From Calcarisporiella thermophila CBS 279.70 (lineage: Eukaryota; Fungi; Calcarisporiellomycota): a stretch of DNA of 64,000 bases. The position numbers were made by a program, and so were the translations under genes. The stretch lies in contig NW_027192195.1 in assembly GCF_041956535.1 (NCBI RefSeq), positions 660,150 through 724,149 of the forward strand, given 5' to 3'. Within the stretch, counting starts at the first letter, position 1. Each line of letters starts with the position of its first letter. The notes under the pieces are model-generated. The model searched no databases, was not told the DNA's origin, and saw only the letters and a program-made list of their open reading frames with translations. Below are positions 24,901 through 38,474 of the stretch, in pieces.

Positions 24901-26970
24901 CTCAAAAAACTCTAATTATAAAGAGAAGAAAAAATGTTGCAAAGAAATCTGATCAATTGCAGAAGGGCTCTATTATATCATCGTCGCATTTACTGTTCTT
25001 TCTTGTGCAGAAAAACGAACCCTTTAAGTTGCAAATTCTGAAATAATTCAGTAATCCTTAGTTGGTAAATCAGAATCAGATTAATGAAGCGAGCGAAGAA
25101 ACATGAGATAACTTTATGCTAAAAGATACTAATATAATACTAGTCTAAAACCTTTCAAAGCAGTATCTGAGCGCTATCATCAGATATACTTGAAAGTAGA
25201 AGGGTATACGGAAGTTTGGGGTACGATAGTTTGGAAATATCATACTGTAATGGAGATGAATTGTTGGCTTGCATAAACTTGGCTTGCGAAACCTCTTCAC
25301 ATTCTAAAAATATCTTGAAATATCATGAATTTGGGTGCCAGATATCAGACGCTGAACAAAACCCGAACATAGTGTTGATTTCAATCACCAGTTCGTAGAC
25401 AAGATTAATAACATCCTAAGATGTTGAGTAGAGCAATGTGCATGAGATATACTGATAAACCAGTGGAGTTAAATCAAGCTCCATGTAGATTCCTAGCAAA
25501 ATTAATGTGAAGTAATGCATATCTAATTGCTTAATGCTATAATTTTACTATTAAATTGTTTAAATAGATCTAAACAACCCAAAGATCTTCGCATGTCTTT
25601 AAATATTCGGACGAGCTATGTAGTGGACATGGGCCCTGATAACTTTTAGCATCACATCTTTGATGAAAGCGTTGGCATTCTATTGTCCACCATTTATTCT
25701 CGGGGATCGTGTAGACACTTGAAATTAAGCTCATATTCAGGTGTTCATTAGATCCTCTTTGTGAGGAACGAAGTTTCGCGTGTTGAAAATTTGTAATCCA
25801 AACAAATCCGATAATCCAATTTAGGTAATTAAGGATCAGGGCTATTAAACTGGCAAGTTAATTTGATATTTAAAGACCAGTACAGCCTAAACATAGAATA
25901 GAGATGGGCTTATTTTTCTCTTGTAATATGTTTCAAGGTTATATTTTCCCATTAAAGCCCAACAAAGAAAAAAGAAGTCAGATGGTTTGTACAAACAGGT
26001 ACAAAGCAATATACTCCTGAACAAAGCTAATACGAAAAGGCTGAGTGCTTCTTGATTTTTCAGGGTAGCGAAGTAAATCTTTGTGGAAATATGCTAATCT
26101 AATAGGAGTAGGACAATACGATTGTAATTGATTACAATGATTAGGAGATTGGAATAAATCATACAAACCCAACATCTTGTATCAAACTCTTGATAAACTA
26201 TAAATTTCTCTAACCTTTAAAATATAATATATTTAAATGGAACCATGGATTAAATAGTATGGAAAATATAATAATAAAACCTTTATATATAGATCTTGTA
26301 ATCGCTATCTAAAAAAACCGTAAACAAAGCTAGAAAGAAGCGTAAAAATGCCTCTCGGTATTTATTTCAAGTGTATTGCGGCATCACTATACTTATTGAG
26401 TAAAATATAATTAGCAAAAACTGGAAGGAGTATCCGTGGAACGAGTAACAAACTAAACGACTCCTACAAGTTAAACCCAATATGAAATCCAGTACATTCA
26501 ACTTAGTTTCCGGCTAATAGTTCATCCCTGGCAATATTAATGATAGTCTTCTTAATTCTCGAAATCATCTTTCTAGTCCAATTACGTCGTATGAAATAGA
26601 GATGCAATCTTTATTCTCTTTTTCTTCTAAGATTGTTCAACCCTAACGACATATAGTCTTGTGAGCATAAACTTTGTGTTAGGAATTCCATATTTGAAAG
26701 GATACGAAGAGTCTAGATGAACTTCCTATTTCAGAGATTTTCTATAGCTTGTTATTATTTCTTGAAAAAATCCATGATCAAGAGTATTTATTTCATGATA
26801 AATCTTGTACATTTTTCAGATTCGAATGTGCTTTAATTAAACAATACATTTTCTATTATATTATTAAGGAGGATTTTATGTTTTTTACAAATGGAATATG
26901 ATGAATATACAAATGCCGATCTTATGCATTAGGGTTGCTCTGTGAATCTATCTGAGGTCGATGTTCGCTC

Positions 26971-28299
26971 TCAGTCGAGAGAGAGCTGACTTAGTTTAAT
27001 TGCATCCACTTCCCGCTCGGTTAATTGCATCCCGAAATATTGGCCCAATATTACCTGTCGTTCTACTTCTGTATCTATGCGCCGTTCCTCCACGCTCTTT
27101 CCGTTCCGCAGTACCTTCAACTTGTCATTCATTAGGGTCACACGTCCGCGTAAATCAGGGGTTGGCCTCGAAGCAATGACATTGGATGCAAAAAGTGCAG
27201 GGACTGAGACACAATAAACCGCTTTGGAAATATTGACAAAATCTGCATGGTACACCTCCTCATCTGTGAAAGCATATAGTCGCTGCCACCCGTCAAGTCC
27301 ATCTCGGGTGTAGTTCAGCATCCACACTTGCCCTTGATCAGTTCTTCCTCCGCTAATAGGGGTGTTTTTGGGGCGACGGGTCTGTACAAGCGACAAGGGT
27401 TCAAGAGTAAACTTGTAGATGTCATTTGGAAGGCCTGCCTCATGATATTCCTAGTAGATGTGAATTGCAATAGGTCAGCCACGCGGTTCGTCTTGCACCA
27501 CTGCAGTACCAGCATGAAAGACATTGGACATACCTTATTCAGCTGTATCGGGAGAGGTGCTACCGGTGCCGGGCTTCCGAAGCCCACGTCAATTAGATAT
27601 TGCGTCCCTTCGGAATCGATCCAAAATATTATCATGTGGCCGGCTGCAGGAATATGGAGCCCAAATTCCAAGCCCATGACTTCGGTAGTTACGCGAGCAC
27701 AGCCGGTCCAAAGTGGATCGAACTTGAGAGCGCGCAGCACAGCGGCAAACAATGTATTTTGTTCGTAGCTAATTAATATCAAAGAAAAGGAAGTGGATTT
27801 AGCGATTATACCCAGCTAGCTTGAAGAAAGGCATCGAATTCCTACCAAAACCCAGCCAAATTTCGGTCCATAAGTTTATATATCAAATCATCCAGGTTTA
27901 TATTAACACGCAGATCCACCATTGGTGGAGGTCGTTCGACTTTCTTCGGCACGCCATCCTTTGAGCGTGCATCGTTGTTGGGAAGCTCAGGGTCGAAGTA
28001 CAAAACTCCAATGTTTCCGAAAGTGAAATGGGTGACATGTGCTTTCATCAATGTGGTAAGCGTCTCTAAATTTGGCTATTATAGTAATATTAGATCAATA
28101 TCAGATTGCCAATCAGATTGAATGCTCAAGATATTACGGGAGGAAGTTTGGCTCCCTCTAGGGATGCATCTATGACTTGCGGGCCTTCATTTTCGATGAC
28201 TGGCACTAGTTGCCCGTCTACTACTTGCAATCCAATGTGACGAAGGTATTGTGCAAGTTGGCGAGAATTTAATGTTGAAAGTGGTTCGTCAAGGTACAT
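26971..28299 (-). CDS. Arylamine N-acetyltransferase family protein
   Basis: YLRHIGL, PNLETL..LMKAH...FTFGN. Catalytic triad seen as GFC|YEQN (Cys codon split by an intron), GHM and YLIDVGFG. Reading frame intact after splicing. Confidence 0.9.
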
Positions 28300-29059
28300 A
28301 GTGAGAAATTGTAGGTCCAATTGCTAAAAAGTTTGGAATTCAATGCAAATTTGGTGGTTTTAGCGTAGCAGATTGATCATGAATGCGAGGTATATATAAC
28401 CACCGAAATAGAATTGCATAAAACTGACTAGCTTACTCAGCCAAACAACTCACGAAAATAGTAACTCTAATTTAGCCTACATTTTATCCGCAGTTCCGTG
28501 CTCATATTAAGGACCCGTGAATTGGGCGAATTTCTATTGGTCATTTCAATTAGCACTCACCCGTACTTAAGCTTTCACATCACTCGCAATCCGGATAAAA
28601 CCTGTCTATACCCAAAGATAGTAATGAAAAAGAAAACCTAAGTAGCTCAGCTACAAAGGCGAGTCTTCCACTAGGAGAGTTGAAATATGAAGCACATCGG
28701 AATGCTCTTAAACATGTCCCGAAAATACAGATTTGGGTTACAGCTACACATTAGTTGTTGTGCTAATTTACAACAATAATTCAATACCCATTAAAACTGC
28801 TAGGCCTCGTATATATATTTTTACCTAGCGGCTTTTACCGACGCCGCCTCTGATGATGACGACTCAGCAGTCGATAATCTGCTATGTGAATGGATGCATG
28901 GGGTTCTTGCATTTATATATTCATTCTTATCGGATTTAGTTTTGATTTTGCACTTCTGAACTCTCTTGACCCACGGTTTTTTTAAATACCCTTTTTAAAA
29001 TTCTTGTCTTCTTTTTTGTTATTGCTTACTCTACTGCGTACATACAAAATATAAGTAAT

Positions 29060-29341
29060 CAGGATGGCATGATGGTACCAATTTCTTCATGATTTACGGA
29101 GGAGAGTGTGTTGATGAATGCAGATAACATAGCTTATGACTGGCTAACAGGAAAAGTTGGAAATAAAACTAATGATGGCAGTGTTGAAGAAATAGAATGG
29201 ACTCCAAGCCTGGAGGAATATTTAATACAAATAATGACGGATATGGAAACGGGAAGACTGATACCTATGGATGAAGGCTGGATAGTTAGAATCGAAAAAA
29301 GCGGAGAGAAGTGTTTAGTGAGAAGGGTAAAGCCTTGCTAA
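29060..29341 (+). pseudogene. Possible SMI1/KNR4 (SUKH)-like fragment
   Basis: IAYDWLTGKV...PSLEEYLIQIMTDMETGRL resembles the SUKH C-terminal S(L/F)xE(F/Y)L helix. No intact upstream frame (stop or frameshift near 29090-29125). Confidence 0.3.
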
Positions 29342-29750
29342 AGGTTCCCTTCGTCTTATGAATTATGCTGCAAGAATACTCACAGTGAACAAGCTTCCCT
29401 TTTTAATGCATCTCTCTTAGAAATGGTGGCTATTTGCAATACACTTAATTTTGCAATTTGACATTTTTCAAATGATTCCAACATTCCTTCAGCCAAAAGA
29501 CGTTCACACCTGGATTGCATTATTATCTCATTTTAAAAATTTAAGTGCAAAGTGTAAAATGCAGCGACTCGTCTCTACTTTGCATATTCGAAGAAAGACG
29601 GGAATAATTTGGTATATCTAATCATAATGGGCTTATTATGTCACTAATCTGGAAAACTATAATGTTATGGAGTTTTTCGAGAACAACAGTCACAACTTTT
29701 GTTGTCCTTTTTTTTGTACATTATTTCGTTAACTATATGGTGTAGACATT

Positions 29751-31893
29751 ATGAATATAGCAACATTAAGACCATATATACGATTGTCTTGTTTTCTCTC
29801 TAGATCCTATTCACGTCGCTCTCTTTACACATCATCAGTCGTAGGCCATGATGTAGTTAACAACTCTACACCAAAGACGACTGCGGATAACCCTCCAGCA
29901 GCTCGCACACGCCGCCACCTCGTATTTGATAACCGATCCCCTTCATTTGAGGATTTCTTGCGCAATGCAACAGGTTCAATAAAGCCCTCGACAACAGGAG
30001 AACACACACCCAATTCAGTGCCATATTTAGGGATGCCTACAGCAAAGCTTGGCGAGGGTTCGAAGTTTTACATTGAAGTTTACGGATGTCAAGTAAGCCT
30101 GGATTGTCATAAAGAGAGGTTAAAAATGGATATCTAACCGATTTTTATTAAGATGAATGTCAATGACACTGAAATTTTACTCTCTATTCTGAACAAATCT
30201 GGTTATCAGCGGACAATGTCGTTAGAAGACGCTGATGTTATCTTTCTTATGACAGTACGTTGCAAAGGTGTTCTTTATTTTACCAATAGTTTATTAATGC
30301 TATCTTACAGTGTGCAATTCGAGAAGGAGCTGAAAACAAGATCTGGCAACGCTTGAACTACTTCAAACATCTCAAGACTAAACAGAGGCCAGAGCGGCCT
30401 CCCCTTGTAGGAGTACTCGGCGTAATTATTAATGGACTAGAACAGGGCATGCTCAACTCTATTGACCCAATCTACTTGTCGTTCATTTAGTGCATGGCGG
30501 AGCGTTTGAAGACGAAATTGCTTGATTCAGACAAAATGGTAGACATTGTGTGTGGACCAGATGCATATCGCTCTATACCACACCTCTTAACCCTGGCAGA
30601 AACGACCCATCAAGGAGTCGCCAATGTGATGTTGTCTGCGGATGAAACCTACGCAGATATTATGCCTGTGCGTTTGAATGAGGATGGGGTGAGCGCCCAT
30701 ATAAGTATTATGAGGTAATTCCTCCGGGCTATTTCCCTGGTTCGAGCGTGGTTTAAACTTTGCGATTCCCTTGTGTAGAGGGTGCAACAATATGTGTAGC
30801 TTCTGCATCGTGCCCTTCACACGAGGGACCGAACGCAGCCGACCCGTAGATTCGATAGTGGATGAAGTGAGAAAGTTGAGTGAAAAGGGGGTGATGGAAG
30901 TAACCCTCCTGGGTCAAAATGTCAATTGTAAGGCCAAATGCATCCGATCCTACACCTTCCCTTTATGATGACCTTTTCCTTGGTACTTCTTCAATAGCCT
31001 ACCGCGACACAAGCGAATCCTCCTATTTTATCCCGCAGGGGATTGGATCCGACCTCAGCAACCCGGGCTTCTCCACTATCTATCGCCGCAAAGAGGGTGG
31101 CCTTCGATTCACCGAGCTCCTAGATCGTGTTTCCCTAGTGAATCCAGAAATGCGCATCCGATTCACCTCCCCTCATCCTAAAGATTTCCCCCACGAACTG
31201 CTGCACCTGATTGCAGAGAGGCGCAACATTTGCAGCAACATTCACCTCCCTGTCCAGTCAGGCAGCACCAGTATGCTTGAAAGAATGAGACGAGGATATT
31301 CTCGCGAGGCCTATCTAGAGCTCGCACAAACGATTAGGAATATCATCCCCGGCGTGACATTAAGCACGGATCTGATCGCAGGCTTTTGTGAAGAAACAGA
31401 GGAGGAGCACCGGGATACCCTCAGCATGATGGAGGAGGTTCAGTATGAAATGGCCTACATGTTTGCCTACAGCATGCGTGAGAAGACCCATGCACATCGC
31501 CGCCTAAAGGATACTGTGCCTGAGGAGGTAAAGCTGCGTCGTCTAAGGGAAATTATCGAGACGTTCCATCGGCGGGCATTGCCACGAAATCAGGCCCTGA
31601 TCGGATCCCGACAATTGGTCCTCATCGAAGGGCAAACCAAAAAGGGAACATGGCAAGGCAGGACGGACGGGAATCACAAATTCTTTATGGAGGATGAGTC
31701 TTTAGGCGGAGTGGGAGGTGACCAAACTGGATTTGGACCCGGTGATTATGTGGAAGTGAATGTAACCGGTGCATCGAGTACAAGCTTGAGGGGAGTGGGT
31801 ATCCGAAGAGTTGGGCTCCAGGAGTTCTACAAGACCGCCTCGCCTATCGTCGGAGGGTTAGAGACACCAAAAACCATGGAATACGGCATTTAA
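29751..31893 (+). CDS. CDK5RAP1: Mitochondrial tRNA methylthiotransferase CDK5RAP1/MiaB (UPF0004 + radical SAM + TRAM)
   Basis: YGCQ|MNVND, T|CAIRE.AE, LG|[24 protein letters not shown] (CxxxCxxC), [24 protein letters not shown]. Arg/Ser-rich presequence-like N-terminus. Confidence 0.96.
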
Positions 31894-32274
31894 CAGAGGC
31901 CAGTTTATTCTACCACCTTAATTGTGTCATCTCTAATATTTAAAAATATAGAAGGCATAAACCCCAACGGTATATTAGGAGAGAAAGAGAAAGAAAAAGA
32001 AAGAAAAGATAAAAATAAAGATAAAGGAAAAGTGGGACGCAAGAAAAAAAAAGGCAATCAAGTGAAGAAGAATAAATTTAAAAATTACAAAAATTCCTAT
32101 GTTAAAGTAGGAAAATAAAAAAAAAATAACATATGGAAGTTTAATATTTTTTTTTTCGAGACTGAATGGAAGTATATAGCATCACCCTTTTGGGGAGGAG
32201 GAAAGAAAGCAAAAAAAAAAAGTGAAAGCCGGTAGATTTGCTACCAAAATTGTGTATTCATTGATAGTATAATA

Positions 32275-33934
32275 TTAATCTGACATGAGCGACGTGTTCA
32301 TGTCGTTATTTGGCTCGAGCAAACTATGGATTGTAGAAAAAAGAGTTGAGTCATAAGTGATTGAAATGTAAAATGGCCACATTCAAATCCAACCTGTATT
32401 GCCTTAACAGGATACATTCTCCGCCGTTTTCCAAGTCAATGTTGTACTGGTAGAAGTACCCCTCCGAAGTGACGACCATAACTTGAGGGGTGGTGCTAGT
32501 GTGTCCAGGATAAAATGGGAATACGTCAAGAGACAATGACATAAGAGAAAAAACATGGACATAAACTTACTTGCTCAAAGCAACCACACTTCGAACCCCG
32601 GAGTTTGGCAGTTTTAGGAAGGCAAAATCACGCAACGGTTGCCAGATGTCGGTAACCGCTTCTGGGAGGTATGAGCTCAGGCCGCCTGCAAGATTCCGGC
32701 CTAAATGCAATGACTGCCGCCGTAGCATCGCCCTATCCATGGCATAATTCAAATCAGTTTTGCAACTATAAAGTATAGTAGGTTCCGGAATATACACACC
32801 CCACGCCACTCTTTTTCCGTCCTTGAGAATTGTCGAACGAGTGAGCCGGTGGCTCGTTCGCACCCAATTTGAAAATGTGCACGGTTTCCGTGTCGCTCGA
32901 TGCGCAGAGCAGCGTGCTCACTAAGTTGAAGGAAATGCAGTGAATGCGTGCTGGGTACGATCCACGCCGGAATTCAAAGAGCTTGTTCGCGCCTGGGACA
33001 GAAAAGACACGAATGACGGTGCCTTTGTCGCTCGCCGTCGCCACCATCGTCCCCTCTGAGTTGATGGCCACACACGCAATCGGACTTTTGTGAGCCTGTA
33101 CGATGTTGACAACTTGCAGTGAGATTGCGTCGAAAAGCATAACATCGCCCGAAGCTATGTGGTGCATGCCGTCTCGGCCTGCTGCAGAAAAGGGTGAAGA
33201 GGGGGAAGGGGTTGGCGATGGATAGACTATATAACAGTTGTCGCTGGATGGAGAGAGTGCGCAAATTGCTTATGAAGAGGAGAAGAGATTGGGAGCCAGT
33301 CCTAAGCAAATTGAGGGTTTGCAATTCTTACCATTAGGATTGGGGCCGGTTTCAATAGTGTGAAGCAGTTTCATGTTGGAGATATCATAGACGTAAATCT
33401 GCTCCTCCAAGAGCACGATGAGTCTTCGCCTGTTGAGCTTAACGGCCAAGATAGAGGTCGGGAATGTTAATTCGCAAATGATCGATTGACGCTAAGAGCC
33501 GATGAAAGGCAGGTTAGCTCTAGATTGTCCCATTCACCAAAAAATGAAGCCTCACTTTTGTGTTTGTTATCTGAAGTCTACGAGGAGAGAGGGCAGGTTG
33601 GTCACCAGCGCCTACGAGGGCAACAAGTGAGGTGCAGAAGAGCATCTCAACAATTCCCATTCCGCCATCGGCTGCTCAACATGGATGATTAGACGTGCAC
33701 TTTTGTATCAGGAGAAGAGAATATGTTACCTTTGGAGAAGCATTTTCCAAAAGGATCGCAGTTGTAGATCTTGTAGCCATTCTTTGTACCCACGGAAATA
33801 CAGCTAAAATCAGAGAAAGCGTAAGTGATTGGTTGGCAGATCTAGGGGTTGAGATGGCCATGGATACTATACCTAAAATCTTGGTTGAAATTAATGAAGA
33901 GCAGCTCTGAGCTGGATCGTGTGCCCAAATTCAT
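32275..33934 (-). CDS. ATG18: Autophagy PROPPIN Atg18/WIPI
   Basis: NFNQDF|[44 protein letters not shown] lipid-binding motif, [11 protein letters not shown]. Confidence 0.96.
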
Positions 33935-34376
33935 CGCGGATGCGTGAAACGAGCCAATGGGTAAAGCAAAAATTCAAAAGCGAAGAGATGGATGAGAATG
34001 GGATGCTAATAAGAATTATTAAATTGGTGATATATTGTTCTTGTCTGAAATTACTTTTTTTTGAACTAAAGGTATGATAGTGTCCACTTTATTTCGCGTA
34101 GATGACATAAGTATCCCGTGAGCGATAGATCAGATACTTCTACGTTTGGATTTTACTGTCTCAATATCTTCTTTCTTAACCCCACACACACATCAATCGC
34201 AATGAAAATTTGAAACCGCACACCTTTACGCTCCACAGCATCCTAGAATCTTTTTTTTATTCTTTCCATTCCCTAATACTTTACTCTTCTTACCTATATC
34301 GCCCATCAATTCTCCCTTTACCTAATCACGCAGCCTCTTTTCTCCCTGTGTGTTGCTGCAGAGCTGAGTCGTGCTT

Positions 34377-37300
34377 ATGGTCTCATCAACTTCAACTCAT
34401 GGTTCTGGGAATCTAAAGAGCAGCTCACCCGCTCCTCCCTACAAATCGCCATCTAATTCACCGCCTAGCGAAACAGCACGAATTCACTATGAAGCCCTTC
34501 GGAGATACCTCTCTAGCCAGCCTAATCAGAACTTGACGCAGCGATCGTCTGCAAAAGAAAAATTGACACGTCTAACAAGGAATCAGTTCCACGAACTGTC
34601 CGTCGACGTCTACGATGAACTGATGAGACGTCAGAATGATGCGGATAAAAGTACCTTTATTTCATCTTCCAATGGGCCGTAATATTCTTAGCATTGACCC
34701 ATTGTTATCCCATTAGTTCCCTTTCTTCCTGTTCGTGACGATTTTCACCCCAAAAGAAATCAGGCTAGACAAAAGCTGGCTACCTTGCCGAAAACTAGAT
34801 TTCGAGATTTGGCTGGTGATGTCTTTTTTGAGTTGGAACGGCGGCATCCTGAACTGAAAACAATGGTTAGTGTTGTTATTATTGATTCCTTTCCAATCCC
34901 TAATCAATGTGCGTGAAACGTCTAGTTCAAGGAGCCCGAATATACTCGTGCACCACCCCCACCACCCCCTCCCCCTCCCGATGAAAACAAGCCAGCTTTA
35001 AATACTACCCCATCTCCTACCCCACAGCCCTCGCAAGCCTCCAATATCGTCCCAGTGAAGGGCACCATTAATGTTGAAACGGTTGACGTCCCCTACACCA
35101 TTCCTTCGACACCTAGCACGCCTGGGCTACAAGACAAGCGCCCTTCTCCTAGAGAACCCTCCTCTAACTATAACAACTATCCTACCTCATCCTCTTTGCC
35201 CTCTCCAAGTCATTATCAACCGCCTCCCGCGAAAAAACATATTAATGCAGATAAACCTGGCAGCAAGAATGGAGCCAACATCCAATCCCTTGACCACCTT
35301 ATGGAAGACCTAGGAAATATGATAAAAAGAGAAGAGTTCTGTGCCTCACAGCCCGGCCAACCTCCGCTGCCAGCCTCTGAAAAATCCGAATATAGTAGAA
35401 AATCAGAACGAACGGTAAGCTTGCTATTATTGCTCCAGCTTGACTGGCTTCCTTCTAACCTGTTTATCATAGACGGCTTCCTCTAATACGGCCTCGAGCT
35501 TTGGTGGATACGAACACATGAATCCGAGTGATTTCGAACGGATTCGCGCCGATTATGAACTTCGAATTTCGGCCATGCGAAAGAGAATCGGACAGCTGGA
35601 GAATCGGATGGCTGTAAGTATACAGGTGCTTTTTTAATTCAATCCCAATGCTCGGCTAGGTACTATTGTGTTTTTCTTTATCTAGCAGGAGAAAATGGGC
35701 GGAAAAGCCGACCATTCGCGGCTCCAGCAACTGGAGACCCTTCTTACCCAACAGAAGCAGAGCTATCAGCAGCAAACCGCCACTCTGAACAAACTCCAGG
35801 CTGAGTTTGACAAATTGCAAGAGGAATACAATGCCCAACTAGAGGCAAGTTTTGCACGTTCTCCACGGGTTCTGTTCGGCCTATACTAACAGGATGACTA
35901 CATGTTTCCTCTAGGTCGCCAATGATATTAGGCAAGAGGTGACCGCATTGTTGGAGGAGCTTAAAGAACTTTCTAATAGAAACGACGAGTTGATGGGCGA
36001 AAAGCAGATCAACGAGGATAATGTCAGGATGCTCACTAGAGAGGTGCGGCTTAATTTTAGCACATTATTATGTGGATGGTGGAAGCTGATCCCATTTTTT
36101 GATCCATACCCGACCCCATAGATGAAGGAGCTGAAATCTAAATATGACCAAGTGAAGGCCGAATTGCGCAGTTTGCGCCCTACCGACTCAATGATGCGCG
36201 AATCTCCAAAAACCGACATCGTCGCAAGTAATAACATTAAGCCCTCACCCAACGGCATCATCACACGATCCCGGATAATTTCATACCAGCTTGCGGTGGA
36301 TGGGCTCTTACGTGCTGGGCGGTAAATTTCCTGTGCAACTCCAAGGAGTGAGGGAGGAGAAGATCTCAGTCTAAATTTTATTTTACGTATTGTTGATTGC
36401 AGATCCAACACGCCCACTAGTGTCCTTATGGCAATGAAATCACTCGTGATTGCATGCAAAAATATCTCAGAGGACATCGAAGCACAAGAAGAGCACCTGA
36501 GCCCGGCGGTGGATCCGGAGCGGGTCCAAGAATTCAAGACCAAACTCTCCAACAGCCTGTCCAACCTCATGGTCTCTGCCCGCAACCATGCCACGGGCGG
36601 TGGACTGTTCCCCGTGTGTCTGCTTGATGCTGCCGCTGAACATCTCACCATTGCACTAGTGGAGCTTATCAAACTAGTCAAATTGGCGGATTCCATGGAG
36701 GAGGAGGTGGAGGAGGAGGAGGGAGAGGGCATGGAGAGAAAACCCAAGGACCGGAGTTTCATGTCAAGCTCTCCGACGAATAGTCAGAGCTCGATTGCCT
36801 CTCCCCATACTCCCAACAACCAACTTCCGGCGGAAAACGGGGTTTGGAACTCTGTCGGCCTGAAGTCGAAGCAGTCGGACACAAGCCTAGGCGGAGGATA
36901 TGGGGAAGATGAGCACTTTGGCAAGGATCCAGAAGCAACCAAGGTATTTCCGTAATGGAGGAGTGCATTCAAGAGAGAAGATCTAGTTGACATACGTGTA
37001 TCTATTTTTTTTTTTGAAGGAGTATATCGAGGGCCAAACGGATTCCATTGTTCATGCCATTCAGACGATGCTTTCGGCGCTTCGCGCTGCCAACTCAGGG
37101 GCCGAGATCATGTCCAAGGTGGAGCCTGTTTTGCACATTGTGAACAACATTACCAATGCGGCCCGGTCCCATTTCTACAAGTACGACGGCGACCTCTCGC
37201 AGGCGGAGAGGGTGCTTCGTGATCTAGAGGAGAGCCGGGACAAACTAGTATCCTTAGCGCGTCCCCTGAGTCGAAATGTAGGAGGGATGGATCCAGCTGG

Positions 37301-37382
37301 CGAAAGGGCCGCCAAACAGCATGTGGCGAGTGCTGCCTTTGATGTGGCTAAGTGCACGCGGGAGTTAATTGGCCTGTTTTAA
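34377..37382 (+). CDS. SPA2: Polarisome scaffold Spa2 (SHD/GIT repeats, coiled coil)
   Basis: [27 protein letters not shown] and [30 protein letters not shown]; [10 protein letters not shown]; [12 protein letters not shown]-terminus. Confidence 0.92.
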
Positions 37383-38474
37383 AGAGGTGGACCGCCTCCA
37401 ATTCCTCGGTCCCCCCTGCCTCTTGGTGGGCGGGGGCTGGGAGGACGAACTCCCCTCCCCCTTTTCCCTTGATCACACCAGTACTATCATTACTTCCATT
37501 TTGTATATAAGTGTAAGTTTGTTCTACTCTCCTTTTACTTTTCTAATCAGGAGGCTCTCTTGGATCTCCCCTTTGCGCGTACTTTACTACCTTCTTGTGT
37601 TTACCAGTCATTTGTCATGTTTTTTTTTGCTAGTTGTGTTTTCTTATCGCCTCTTATTGTTGAGTATATAGTGTTATATTAATGAATGACAAGTTCACGC
37701 TTTCTTACAAGGCTCTGGCTCGTTCTCTACAGAAAATCAAAGATTTGGCAAGATTGGTAGATCCATGGCGGTATTGGGTCGAAGGATTCGATTCGCTCTA
37801 TGGAAGCCATGTCATTCCATAGTGAAATAGAGTCTAGAAAAAGAGTCAGAACCCTCCGCTACTTTACGAAAATCAACTAGGATGGGGATCTATCCGGTTC
37901 CTGCGTAGAATATGGGGGGGGGGGGGTAGAGAGAACTCTCCTATCTCGTATCCCCATCTTCTTGAAAATCCTCGTTGCTCGACGCATAATCAAGTTAGTG
38001 TTCTTTAGCCTGTTGACCCAGCTTCCCTCAAGTATCGAAAAGAAAAATAGAAAGGCTGCCGAGCCATCCACTGTCAGGCCACTCGTCTTCAATACCGTCT
38101 CTACAGACCAAGGGAGCAAGCTCGAATCACCCACGTATCATCGCTCCTTCTCAGGGGGAGACATGCGTCCTACCGTGCAGTCTGGAGGGAAACAAGGCAC
38201 TGATGGCATGGAGATAGCCGGTGGCTCCGCACCCAACAGCAGGATAGGTGGGCTTGCCATTTTCCCCTTAAGATTTGATGGGCCCCTCTCTGCCAAGATA
38301 ATGTGCGACAAGCTTCTCTGCTGCCCAATCAGCGGAGCCTTGGGGCCTCGCTTTCATTTCTTCGTTCTATTTTTGAACACATCAAACCTTTTCCTTTTAT
38401 TTCCTCTCGCCCTTATCTCCAGAGTAACACTCGTTTTACATTTATCCTCTTCCCACTCCCCACCCCCCTATACT

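Noticed and set aside
25000-26950. Short ORFs in the AT-rich intergenic region
   Set aside because: No recognisable domains, terminal repeats or transposase motifs.
29090-29092. In-frame TGA as possible selenocysteine
   Set aside because: No selenoprotein-like context and no SECIS recognised; decay or frameshift is simpler.
31924-32118. Lys/Glu-rich 64-aa ORF after CDK5RAP1
   Set aside because: Translation of an A-rich 3' region between convergent genes.
37962-38474. 5' extension of the 335-aa ORF upstream of the 7TM gene
   Set aside because: Begins at TTG and has promoter/UTR-like composition; ATG 38475 directly precedes TM1.
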